Positions 48,898-57,757 of a stretch of DNA of 64,000 bases are shown in pieces; position 1 is the first letter of the stretch; the number at the start of each line of letters is the position of its first letter. The DNA comes from an uncultured Candidatus Saccharibacteria bacterium (lineage in GTDB: Bacteria > Patescibacteriota > Doudnabacteria > UBA920). Made by a program: the position numbers and the translations under genes. Below the pieces are notes generated by a model, which was not told the origin of the DNA, did not search any database, and saw only the letters and a program-made list of their open reading frames with translations. The DNA is taken from assembly GCA_964612745.1 (NCBI GenBank), contig CAZTCH010000001.1:77387-141386 (forward strand), in the 5' to 3' direction.

Positions 48898-49187
48898 TTG
48901 CAGCTCTCGAAAGCTTGTGTTTGTACATTGTACGGACACAAGCTTTCTTTTTAATTACCAGCAAACCACGGACGCGTGCCCCTATAGAAACCCCGCAGTC
49001 AACCGTTGCATCAGCACGAGTCCGTGGATGAATGGAACCGCTCTTTTCAAAACCATCCCCGTTTTGAAAAGCACGTTACGTATTCCTGAATGCGCCATTA
49101 AAAGGATACCCCGGGTAAAGGCTTTGCGGTACCCGGGGAGGAGGTCATTTTTGTAAAACAAAAGACGAGGGGTATCCTCGTCAGTTG

Positions 49188-50600
49188 TTATTGTGGTTTG
49201 ATAGTTTGGCCGTCTTTGGTGTCTAGTACACTGAAGCCGGCTTTTTCTATTTCTACTCGGAGTCTATCTGATTCCGCAAAGTCTTTGGTCGCTCGAGCGG
49301 TTTCGCGCTGCGAGGCGAGCTCGAGGATTCCTGCGGGGAGTGTTGCGAGTTCTCTTTTGTCTGCAAGTCCTAGTCCGAGTACTTCGTCGAACGAAAGGAG
49401 GAGTGCGCGTTTGCCTGCGGGTGGTAGCGTGTGGTCGCCAACGGCTTCCCAGAGTACAGCGAGTGCTTTGGAAGTATTTAAGTCTGCTTCGAGCGCTTCT
49501 CGGAATGCTGTTTCGTATGCGGTGAGATTACCTCCGTTGGTGTCTGCAGGTGCGTCACCAAGGTTATCTATGTGTGCGTACAACCGTTCGAGAGTTGTTT
49601 TGGCTGCGTGTAGGCTCTCTTCGGTAAAGTTAAACGCTTTGCGGAAATCTGTTTGCAAGCACAAGTATCGAAATGCCAGAGGGTAGAGCGGACCTTTATC
49701 TACGAGATCTTTCAGAGTTATGTAGTTGCCGTCCCGCTTCGCCATTTTTTTGCCATTGACCTGTAGATGTTCGCAGTGTGCCCAGAACTTGGCAAATGGT
49801 TTGCCGAACGGTTGGCTTTGTGCGATTTCGTTGGTGTGGTGGGGGAAGATTAAATCTACACCGCCGGTGTGGATATCTGTGGGCTTGCCGCCAAACGCCA
49901 CTTGGTTAATAACCGAGCATTCAATGTGCCACCCAGGGCGACCTTTGCCCAGTGTGGGGTGGTCCCAAAAAATTTGCCCGTCGTCCTCGGTGTGTGCTTT
50001 CCAGAGCGCAAAGTCGCTTAGGTTTTCTTTTTCGTAGTCGTCTACTTTTACGCGCGCTCCGACTTGCTTGCCTTCTAAAAACTTTGTGCCCACGAGTTCG
50101 CCGTAATCACCAAAATCGGCTTGGTATCTTTCTATACTAAAGAACACGCCGTCTTCTGTCGTGTAGGCGTATCCTTTTTCTATAAGCGCGAGGATAAACT
50201 CCTGAATCTGGGGGATAACATCGGCAACACGAATTATGGAAATTGCACTGTGGTCAATGTGAAGTGTAGACAGTTCCTTTAGGAAAATATCTAGGTAGGT
50301 GTTCGTGTAGGTGCGCAAATCATCCACGCTGCTGGCAGGTCCGAACTGTTTGATGCTGTCCCGAATAGTTTTGTCGTCTACATCGGTAATGTTCATAGCC
50401 CATGTCGTCGGGATGCCGACATACCGCAAACTGCGAACAAGAATATCGGTAAAGAGATAGGAACGAAAGTTGCCAATGTGAGCGTAGTTATACACGGTAG
50501 GACCACAGGAGTACAACCGAAGAGAATCTTTGGTCCCGTGGAGATGGTAATAGTCGTCCAGTGAGTCTGCGTGCTTGGTGAGCGTGTTATATAACTTCAT
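49188..50600 (-). CDS. cysS: Cysteine--tRNA ligase
   Basis: CGPTVY, HIGN, NITDVDDK, DFALWK, GRPGWHIECS, HHTNEIAQS, KMAKR. Confidence 0.96.
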   Translation of the reverse strand: MKLYNTLTKHADSLDDYYHLHGTKDSLRLYSCGPTVYNYAHIGNFRSYLFTDILVRSLRYVGIPTTWAMNITDVDDKTIRDSIKQFGPASSVDDLRTYTNTYLDIFLKELSTLHIDHSAISIIRVADVIPQIQEFILALIEKGYAYTTEDGVFFSIERYQADFGDYGELVGTKFLEGKQVGARVKVDDYEKENLSDFALWKAHTEDDGQIFWDHPTLGKGRPGWHIECSVINQVAFGGKPTDIHTGGVDLIFPHHTNEIAQSQPFGKPFAKFWAHCEHLQVNGKKMAKRDGNYITLKDLVDKGPLYPLAFRYLCLQTDFRKAFNFTEESLHAAKTTLERLYAHIDNLGDAPADTNGGNLTAYETAFREALEADLNTSKALAVLWEAVGDHTLPPAGKRALLLSFDEVLGLGLADKRELATLPAGILELASQRETARATKDFAESDRLRVEIEKAGFSVLDTKDGQTIKPQ

Positions 50601-50773
50601 ATTCAGATAGTACCATACCAGCCCACACCCGCCAACTCATTTATTGGATTGTATATGTCTATCAAATTCGAAAACTGTGCATGTTAGTAGTACATTGCAT
50701 TTGAAGAGTGGTTAGTTTTATGTGCCAATGTATTTTTGTCTTGTGTGATAGTCTTTCACCTTATTCGTTCTGT

Positions 50774-50807
50774 GGACCTAATTGTGACGGCCGTCACAAT
50801 TAGGTCC
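50774..50807. repeat. Perfect 34-bp palindrome, copy 1 (GGACCTAATTGTGACGGCCGTCACAATTAGGTCC)
   Basis: Self-complementary; overlaps the stop codon of the PaaX-like gene. Confidence 0.97.
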
Positions 50808-51360
50808 TAACACGAAACAGCTTACGAAGGTCTGTGTCGTCTTCAAAGTTTGCGCGAGCAATACGGATATATCGTAACAGTCCTGATTTTTTAAGTAGCG
50901 CTAGCGCTTCTGGGCTAATTGGATGTGGGCTTACATAGATACTTGCTTGCAGGCACAAAAACCCTAAATCGCGTAATGAGTGGCGTAGCTGTGCTCGTAT
51001 GCTGCGCGCTTGTTCGGGTATATCGAACATAATCAGTCGCCAACTACCATCCCAAATTACCGGTTTAGGGTGCATGTGTACAGCAGCGATGAGTGCTTCT
51101 ATTTCTCCTTTGTTTGTGAGACGAAAGATTTTTCGCGCTTCTTTGTATTCAGTTTTAATCCAGCCTTGGTTATGCAGTCTGCGAAGTGTTCGGTCTAGTT
51201 TCTTTTCTCGAAAGTAGCGAGCAACCTCAGGAGCGGCTGCACTGCTCAGTGACTTGCGTCCTAGTGTATCTCCAAAAGCTGATTGGGCAGCTAAAAGGTA
51301 TAAAAGAACGTGAGTGGTCTTGGTTAACTGTTTGCTGTCTCGTACATAAAGTGTCTGCAT
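50800..51360 (-). CDS. PaaX-like protein: winged-helix N-terminus plus Cas2-like (ferredoxin-fold) central domain
   Basis: TLRRLHNQGWI..FRLTNKG (wHTH wing); WDGSWRLIMFDIPE..R..R..LR..L..LGF..LQASIYVSP. Confidence 0.85.
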   Translation of the reverse strand: MQTLYVRDSKQLTKTTHVLLYLLAAQSAFGDTLGRKSLSSAAAPEVARYFREKKLDRTLRRLHNQGWIKTEYKEARKIFRLTNKGEIEALIAAVHMHPKPVIWDGSWRLIMFDIPEQARSIRAQLRHSLRDLGFLCLQASIYVSPHPISPEALALLKKSGLLRYIRIARANFEDDTDLRKLFRVRT

Positions 51361-51376
51361 ATAGTATTTTTCTTTT

Positions 51377-51410
51377 GGACCTAATTGTGACGGCCGTCAC
51401 AATTAGGTCC
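51377..51410. repeat. Perfect 34-bp palindrome, copy 2 (identical to copy 1)
   Basis: 16 nt upstream of the PaaX-like start codon. Confidence 0.97.
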
Positions 51411-51571
51411 TGAGTTAATTGATAGGGCGCTGCAGAGTTTGGTGTGTGGTGAATTTGTTTTGCATCAAGACTGAAGTATCTAACGTATGCTCAGTTTGTA
51501 TCGGCCAATGTTTCTGAGCTTGTGCTGGTATGTAGTTCTTTTAGCTGCTGTTAAACATAAAAGCACTGGCC

Positions 51572-53266
51572 TTAGAGGGCGAGTGCTTTTAAGTGTTGTG
51601 TTTTTAGGTGAGAGAGTTGTTGGTGGGGGTGGGGGTGTTTCAGAATTTTGCTTAAGTGTAGTCCGTTAATGTAGTGAGGTAACAGCACATAGTCCACTTC
51701 GTATTGGTAGAGTGCCCGTGCGTCTGCCTCGTTTTGTGCAGTTACGATGAGCTTAGCGTGGAGGTGCTGGTTTTTGACTGACTCCGCTATTGCCCGGTTA
51801 TCGGATGCACCAGGGAGGGTAGACACAATCATACGCGCGGAACGCAGGTTGGCAAGCTCTTGGATGTACGGGTCAGATGCATCACCACAAATAGCAGGTA
51901 CGCCAAGGCGTGAGTAGTGTTCGGCAACTTCTGGGTTAAAGTCTATTATTACAAATTTCTGTCCATGCCGGAGGAATGACTCTGCTAACTCTTTTCCGGT
52001 ACGGTGCGCGCCAAGGAGGACGATGTGATTTTTGAGTGCTGTAATTTTCAGGTGGCGTTCTGCGCTGCCATCTTTAAAGTCAAACCAATCGAGCATACCA
52101 GCAAGTCGGTCGTAGATGGATTCACCACGCATAATAAAGAATGAGGAAATGGCAATGGTGACAATTGCAACCAGCGTCATGAGACTGCCAATGGTACTGT
52201 CGACGTGGCCAATCTTAATAGCAAGGGCGAGCAAGATTAAGCTAAACTCGGAGACTTGCCCCACAGTAAGCCCAGTCATGAACCCTGTGCGTGGTTTGTA
52301 CCCAAGGGTGGACATGATTACCAGCACGATGAGTGGCTTGCCAATCAGTACAAACAAAGACAGTAGTATTGCTGGAATAATTAAATTGCCCATGCCGGCA
52401 AACTGCAGCTGACTACCGAGTACCACAAAGAAAATCATAATAAAGAAGTCGCGCAAGCTGCGAATGCGCGCAGATACTTCGTGGTGTAAACTGCTGCGGG
52501 AGAGTGCGAGCCCAGCCAAGAATCCGCCAATCTCCAAAGAGAAACCCATGAAAGGGAGTTTTACAAACGACGCAAAACCAATTGCCCATGCAAGGGAGAA
52601 TATTAGGAGGAGTTCGTCTGACTTGCCAATAAATTTGAGCAGCCGAGGGAAGACGAATTTGCTTACCAGAGCGATAATAGCTACAAGTACCGTTGCTTTG
52701 CCTGCAGTAAACAGCAACGTGCCCCATAAAGGGAGTGCGTTTCCTGCCGTGTCGCTCCCACCTGCGCTCGACAGTGTCATGAGCATGACCAGTGCGACCA
52801 AATCTTGCACGAGAAATATTCCCAGTGCGAGTCTACCGTACAGACTTTGCAGTTCACGTTTTTCCGAAAGGAGCTTTACGACAATAATGGTAGAAGAGAA
52901 GCTCAAGCCTACTGCTACATAAATTGCAGCAATAGGCGGCAGTCCAAACCCGAGTGCGAGTACTAAACCCAGTGCGCCCGTTATAGTGACTTGTGCAGCT
53001 CCGGCAATAAGTGCTTTCCTGCCGATTTTTTTCAGTTCAGAAATATCTAACTCAAGTCCTACCATGAACAAAAGTAGTGTAATACCGATTTCCGAAAGAG
53101 AGTGTAAGATTTCGCCTTGGTTTATTTTCCACAATCCGAGTGGGCCAAGTAAAAGACCAGCGAAGATGTAGGCGAGTACCGTTGGCTGCTTAAACAAATT
53201 AACGAGCAACGCACAGCCGCCAGCAACAAGGAGGACAAGTGTGAGTTCTGCAAATAAATTTTCCAT
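51572..53266 (-). CDS. CPA2/Kef-type cation:proton antiporter with TrkA-N domain
   Basis: GITLLLFMVGLE, FSSTIIVVK, LVQD, QVSEFS; LLGAHRTG, CGDASD. Confidence 0.9.
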   Translation of the reverse strand: MENLFAELTLVLLVAGGCALLVNLFKQPTVLAYIFAGLLLGPLGLWKINQGEILHSLSEIGITLLLFMVGLELDISELKKIGRKALIAGAAQVTITGALGLVLALGFGLPPIAAIYVAVGLSFSSTIIVVKLLSEKRELQSLYGRLALGIFLVQDLVALVMLMTLSSAGGSDTAGNALPLWGTLLFTAGKATVLVAIIALVSKFVFPRLLKFIGKSDELLLIFSLAWAIGFASFVKLPFMGFSLEIGGFLAGLALSRSSLHHEVSARIRSLRDFFIMIFFVVLGSQLQFAGMGNLIIPAILLSLFVLIGKPLIVLVIMSTLGYKPRTGFMTGLTVGQVSEFSLILLALAIKIGHVDSTIGSLMTLVAIVTIAISSFFIMRGESIYDRLAGMLDWFDFKDGSAERHLKITALKNHIVLLGAHRTGKELAESFLRHGQKFVIIDFNPEVAEHYSRLGVPAICGDASDPYIQELANLRSARMIVSTLPGASDNRAIAESVKNQHLHAKLIVTAQNEADARALYQYEVDYVLLPHYINGLHLSKILKHPHPHQQLSHLKTQHLKALAL

Positions 53267-53340
53267 TTTTTATTTCTGTAGTGAACTAGATATGTAAGTA
53301 TTGTATCAAGAAAGTTTACTTGGGGGAATGGAGAAGGCGA

Positions 53341-53540
53341 TAGAGAATAGAGAGTAGAGAGTAGAGAATAGTAAGATAGAAATAAGGAGTTAGGAATTAG
53401 AAATTAGTAACGAGTAACCAGTAGCTAGTAACGAGACAGAAAAAATTGAAAATTAAAAATTAAAAATTATATTCTCTCTAACTCTTCTATTTCTTCTAGC
53501 TTCCTAATACCTAGAAAGCTGAAAAGCTAACAAGCTAGTA
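53341..53540. repeat. Mosaic repeat region between divergent genes (TAGAGAR, TAGGART, TAACGAG, AAAATTR, TCTATTTCT, AAAGCT)
   Basis: Read directly. Confidence 0.88.
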
Positions 53541-53580
53541 AAATTTGCTCAAAAGCCCTCCAAACTGGTATAATTTACAC

Positions 53581-54156
53581 ATGAATACACCTGATGCAAT
53601 ATTTTTTATAGGACGGTCTGGTGCTGGAAAAGGAACTCAAGCACGTGAACTTTCCGAGCGACTTGGGTTTTTTTATTGGGAGATGGGCGCAATTTTGCGT
53701 GCCGAAATTTCTCGTGGTACGCCTATTGGCAAGGAAATCCAAGCACTTGTGAACCAAGGGTTGTTTTTGGGTGACCACCACATGTTCAAAGTTATTGCGA
53801 GTCATATCGACGAAATCCCCGAAGGCAAAGGCATTATTTTCGACGGACTACCACGGCGCATGAGCCAAGCACCATATGTTATCGGCTTACTCCATGGTTT
53901 GGGTCGCAAAGATTTGGCAACGTTGTTTTTAGATGTTCCCCGAGAAGACTCAGTTGAACGTTTGCTCAAGCGAGCAACTGTCGAACACCGACCAGACGAC
54001 ACAGAAGAAGTAATCAACCGTAGACTCGACCAGTTCGAACAAGAAACGTTACCTGTGCTGGACTTCTTGCAAGAGATGACACGTTTTTATCGGATAGATG
54101 GCAGGCCAGCAATTCCAGAAGTGACTACCGCCATTAACACACTGCTCGAAATCTAA
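53581..54156 (+). CDS. adk: Nucleoside monophosphate kinase (adenylate kinase family)
   Basis: GRSGAGKGTQA, FDGLPR, RPDD; ATG at 53581 follows TGGTATAAT. Confidence 0.85.
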   Translation: MNTPDAIFFIGRSGAGKGTQARELSERLGFFYWEMGAILRAEISRGTPIGKEIQALVNQGLFLGDHHMFKVIASHIDEIPEGKGIIFDGLPRRMSQAPYVIGLLHGLGRKDLATLFLDVPREDSVERLLKRATVEHRPDDTEEVINRRLDQFEQETLPVLDFLQEMTRFYRIDGRPAIPEVTTAINTLLEI

Positions 54157-54806
54157 TGCCAACAGCGCGTACCAAAGTAGCGAAGAAGACACCAGCGAAG
54201 GCGGAGCAGCCGCTCAATATTTTTGTGCTCGGTGACTTAGGTGCGGGTAAAGGGACGCAGTCGGTGCTACTGCAAAATCTGTTTCCGTTGTACGAAATAG
54301 ACATGGGGATAGAGCAAGAGCTGCAGCGACGTAAAGATCCAAAGCTCGATGCGCTGCTTAAGCGAACTGTGGATCAAGGTAAGCTGAATAACACTACCGT
54401 GTACCGACGCTTAGTGAAAAACGCAGTGTTGCGGGCACCGAAGAGTAAAGGTATTTTGTTTGCTGGGCATCCGAAAATGCCAGACGAAGTGCGCTATGTA
54501 AATCGCTTTTTGCGCACTCTGGGTAGGACTCGGGCGATCGCTGTGTACATTACGATTCCATGGAAAGAAACAGTGCGCAGAAATTCGCAACGCAAAGGTT
54601 ACTTCGGAAACAAGAAGCGGCCAGACGATTCGCTTGCTGCAATCGCAGTTCGCAGGAAAAATGCCCAAGCTAGTTTGCGCCAGTCGCGCAGTGTGTACAA
54701 AGAGTTGTACCCGTACTTGCAGATTAGTGGCATGGGGACTGTGCGCGGTGTGCACGGCAGAGTCATGCAGGCAATACAAAAGCTGACTAAAAAGCTGGAC
54801 TCGTAA
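54156..54806 (+). CDS. Divergent second adenylate kinase family protein
   Basis: GDLGAGKGTQS and RPDD; AGHPK replaces DGFPR. Confidence 0.75.
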   Translation: MPTARTKVAKKTPAKAEQPLNIFVLGDLGAGKGTQSVLLQNLFPLYEIDMGIEQELQRRKDPKLDALLKRTVDQGKLNNTTVYRRLVKNAVLRAPKSKGILFAGHPKMPDEVRYVNRFLRTLGRTRAIAVYITIPWKETVRRNSQRKGYFGNKKRPDDSLAAIAVRRKNAQASLRQSRSVYKELYPYLQISGMGTVRGVHGRVMQAIQKLTKKLDS

Positions 54807-54820
54807 TTGGAATATATTTT

Positions 54821-55582
54821 ATGAAACATGGTCAGATTAAAACCGCATCAGAGATAGAAATCATTGCCGAAGGAGGCGCGCTCCTGCGGGATATTTTGCA
54901 TAAGACAGCAGCACGAGTCGCTCCGGGGGTTTCTACTTTGGAGTTGAGCGATTTTGCAGATGCAGCTATTCGAGCGATTGGTGGTAGGCCAAGCTTTGTT
55001 GGGTATGGTGAAAAGAATAATCCATTTCCAGCTGCATTGTGTACGTCACCAAATGACGTAGTCGTGCATGGCATTCCCAGTGCGAAAGTAATTTTGCAAG
55101 CAGGGGATATTATTGGGCTCGACATTGGCATGGAGTACAAAGGTTTGTTTACCGACACCGCAATTACCGTGCCGGTTGGCACGATTACCCCTGCAGTGCA
55201 GAAGTTGGTGGAAGCAACCAAGCGCAGTATGGAGCTGGGCATTGCGCAAGCGGTGGCTGGTAACCGCATAGGCGATATTGGTTTTGCGGTACAACAATAT
55301 GCTGAGAAAAATGGTTTTTCTGTGGTGCGCGATTTAGTTGGGCATGGGGTTGGTTACGATGTGCACGAAGATCCCCAAGTACCAAACTATGGAAAAAAAG
55401 GAAGTGGTGCCAAGTTGGTAGAAGGCATGGTCATAGCTATAGAACCAATGTTGTGCACTGGTGGGTACCATGTGTATTTTGAAGATGACGACTGGACTAT
55501 TCGTACCGAAGACGGTGGGCTTTCTGCTCATTTTGAGCACACTGTGGCGGTAACGAAAAAGGGACCGAGGATTTTAACCTAA
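54821..55582 (+). CDS. map: Methionine aminopeptidase type I
   Basis: VVHGIP, DIG...DTA, GHGVG..VHEDP, AIEPM, SAHFEHT. Confidence 0.97.
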   Translation: MKHGQIKTASEIEIIAEGGALLRDILHKTAARVAPGVSTLELSDFADAAIRAIGGRPSFVGYGEKNNPFPAALCTSPNDVVVHGIPSAKVILQAGDIIGLDIGMEYKGLFTDTAITVPVGTITPAVQKLVEATKRSMELGIAQAVAGNRIGDIGFAVQQYAEKNGFSVVRDLVGHGVGYDVHEDPQVPNYGKKGSGAKLVEGMVIAIEPMLCTGGYHVYFEDDDWTIRTEDGGLSAHFEHTVAVTKKGPRILT

Positions 55583-55603
55583 GCACAAAATTCGAAAATA
55601 GAT

Positions 55604-55805
55604 AATTTAAAACTCAAAAGTCAAAACTTCAGGTCAAAACTTTAAACTCTTGAAAAGGGTTACCCTTGTGCAGCACAAAGGTAACCCTTTTGCGTTCTCT
55701 ACGTTCCATCTGTCAGTGCATGTTAGATGGTGCCCTCAAGTCCTAACTGAAAGTTTCTAACTTTTGAGTTGCAGTTTTGCGTTTTGACTTTTGATTTTTG
55801 GGTTA
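55604..55805. repeat. Inverted pair (AAAACTCAAAAGTCAAAAC.../...GTTTTGCGTTTTGACTTTTGA) enclosing copy 2 of the 39-bp hairpin element (55653-55691)
   Basis: The right arm matches the 53-bp element family at 39249, 44718 and about 43467. Confidence 0.85.
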
Positions 55806-56102
55806 AAGGTTTAAGTCTTTATCTATCTTTTCAAGCCCATATTTCTTTGTTTTTCCGCTATAATTGGACATATTTTCCATATTGCCGTGTTCCTGAATGT
55901 GTGGTATAATTTACATATCATCTTAAGTCTAGTTTCTTTACATTTGTTCGGGCTACTTTTTGGTTAGTGATTTTGAGACTGCGTTGCAGTCCAGCTCATC
56001 GTACGGTCTGTGAGCCAGTGGGCAATAGATAGTGAGAACGAAACTTGTTTTATATATATAGTTAGAGTGGAAGATGAGCTCTAACCAAAGGAAGCCAAAC
56101 AA

Positions 56103-56501
56103 ATGGCAGTAAAATTATACGTCGGTAACCTCTCTTACGGTGCTACCGATCAGGCTCTTGAAGAAGCTTTTGGTAAAGCTGGTAAAGTAGAGTCTGCACA
56201 AGTTGTCATCGACAAAATGACCGGTCGCTCTCGCGGTTTCGGTTTTGTAGAGATGGACACCAAAGAAGCAGCAGATGCAGCTATCGAACTTTGGAATGGC
56301 AAAGAACTCGATGGTCGCACCTTGACTGTAAACGAAGCTCGTCCTCGTGAAGAACGCCCAGCAGGCGGTCGCGGTGGATTCGGCGGCGGTAACCGTGGCG
56401 GTTTCGGCGGCGGTCGCGGTGGTGACCGTGGTGGCCGTGGTGGTTTTGGTGGTGGTCAAAACGACAACAACCAAGACGGCGGACGCACTTGGCAGTTCTA
56501 G
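56103..56501 (+). CDS. RRM RNA-binding protein with Gly/Arg-rich tail
   Basis: LYVGNLS (RNP2), RGFGFVEM (RNP1), RGG repeats. Confidence 0.95.
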   Translation: MAVKLYVGNLSYGATDQALEEAFGKAGKVESAQVVIDKMTGRSRGFGFVEMDTKEAADAAIELWNGKELDGRTLTVNEARPREERPAGGRGGFGGGNRGGFGGGRGGDRGGRGGFGGGQNDNNQDGGRTWQF

Positions 56502-56520
56502 TTCTTTTCAGAACTTTAGA

Positions 56521-56551
56521 AGAGTCTCGCAGCAATGCGAGGCTCTTTTTT
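56521..56551 (+). terminator. Intrinsic terminator
   Basis: AGAGTCTCGCA-GCAA-TGCGAGGCTCT followed by a T-run. Confidence 0.75.
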
Positions 56552-56610
56552 ATATGTAAACTGTTTTCAATTTGCTATACTAGTTTGGTAACTAATCAAA
56601 CATAATTTCC

Positions 56611-56982
56611 ATGGCAGACATTCAATCTGTATTTAACCGGATAAAAGAAACAAAGCGTAAAGCAAAAGAAATAAAGCGCATGTACAAAGATGCGCTGGAA
56701 TCCAGTTTTGAATATCGCGAAGTGTTAGAAAAGCTCGAAAATATTAAAGCACGCAAAAAGCAGTTGGAAACGCAGATCAAAGAAGAATCCGCAGGGGAGT
56801 TTGCCAAACTCGATGCGTACAAGATGCACATTAAAACAGATAACGAACTGTTGTCCGACCTTGCAATGAACACGCTCATGGCAGGGGAGACAGTCACCGT
56901 AAAAGACGAAAACGAAGAAGCCTACGAACCAATATTCTCCGTACGTTTTAAGAAAGCCGGCTTGGTCCAGAAAGAACAATAA
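56611..56982 (+). CDS. Hypothetical coiled-coil protein
   Basis: 123-aa ORF with native-looking codon usage. Confidence 0.75.
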   Translation: MADIQSVFNRIKETKRKAKEIKRMYKDALESSFEYREVLEKLENIKARKKQLETQIKEESAGEFAKLDAYKMHIKTDNELLSDLAMNTLMAGETVTVKDENEEAYEPIFSVRFKKAGLVQKEQ

Positions 56983-57150
56983 AAGCTTCTTAGCTTGCTA
57001 GAAGCAGAAGAAATAGAAGAAATAGAAGAGTTAGAAAAAGGCGCTTAGAGATTGGTTTTTCTACTCTCCCCGCACTTTGCGGGGTCTCGATACTGCATCG
57101 GGGCTAATCTCTACTCTCTACTCTCTATTCTCTCGTTATTTACTCCTAAT
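56983..57150 (+). repeat. Mosaic repeat region (AGAAATAGA 9-mers; CCCCGCA..TGCGGGG mini-hairpin; CTCTACT array)
   Basis: Read directly. Confidence 0.82.
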
Positions 57151-57152
57151 TT

Positions 57153-57488
57153 ATGTCTTTACTCCTCAATTGGTTTTTGTCCGCTCTTGCGGTGTTGGTT
57201 ACGTCCTACGTGCTCCCAGGGGTGCATGTCTCTGGGTTATTTGCCGCGCTTGTTGTGGTGATTGTGCTTGGGCTCATTAACCTCGTGGTCAAGCCGCTGC
57301 TCCTGCTTTTGACTTTGCCAGTAAATATTTTGACCCTGGGGTTGTTTACTTTTGTTATAAACGCGGCACTTATTTTGCTCGCAAGTAAAATAGTAGAAGG
57401 GTTTGCAGTAGACGGCTTTGGTTGGGCGCTGCTGTTTAGCGTGGTGCTCTCCTTGGTCAACGCAGTCCTCCGCCAGTTCCAGAAATAG
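57153..57488 (+). CDS. Phage holin family/YvlD-like 4-TM membrane protein
   Basis: N.VVKP.L.LLTLP..ILTLGLF.FVINA. Confidence 0.88.
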   Translation: MSLLLNWFLSALAVLVTSYVLPGVHVSGLFAALVVVIVLGLINLVVKPLLLLLTLPVNILTLGLFTFVINAALILLASKIVEGFAVDGFGWALLFSVVLSLVNAVLRQFQK

Positions 57489-57757
57489 CCAAAGTCCCAA
57501 CAAATACTGTGTAAAAAGCCAATACGAAAGTATTGACTTTTTTTGTTCTTTTCAGTATAATGCCAATCGGTACATTTACAAATTGGCGCAACACTGAAGA
57601 TTTGGCTTGTTAATATGCAAAAAGCATCTATTTACCAGCCAAACCTTCAGTGTATATGAGGTAGTATTTCTGGAATCCGAAACCGCTCGGACTTTCTGAA
57701 AAAAACTACAGTCATAGCCACATATGGAGGAAACATGTCGATAAGGAGACATTTTAT

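Noticed and set aside
49730-49750. CysRS KMAKR instead of KMSKS
   Set aside because: Within the normal variation of class I synthetase motifs; the other catalytic and zinc ligands are intact.
50773-51411. CRISPR array with cas2
   Set aside because: Only two repeats, separated by a whole gene (567 bp), and no cas1 or effector in the window; the Cas2-like fold is part of a PaaX-type protein.
57153-57488. Prophage, suggested by the holin-family gene
   Set aside because: This 4-TM family is commonly chromosomal, and there are no phage structural, lysin or integrase genes nearby.
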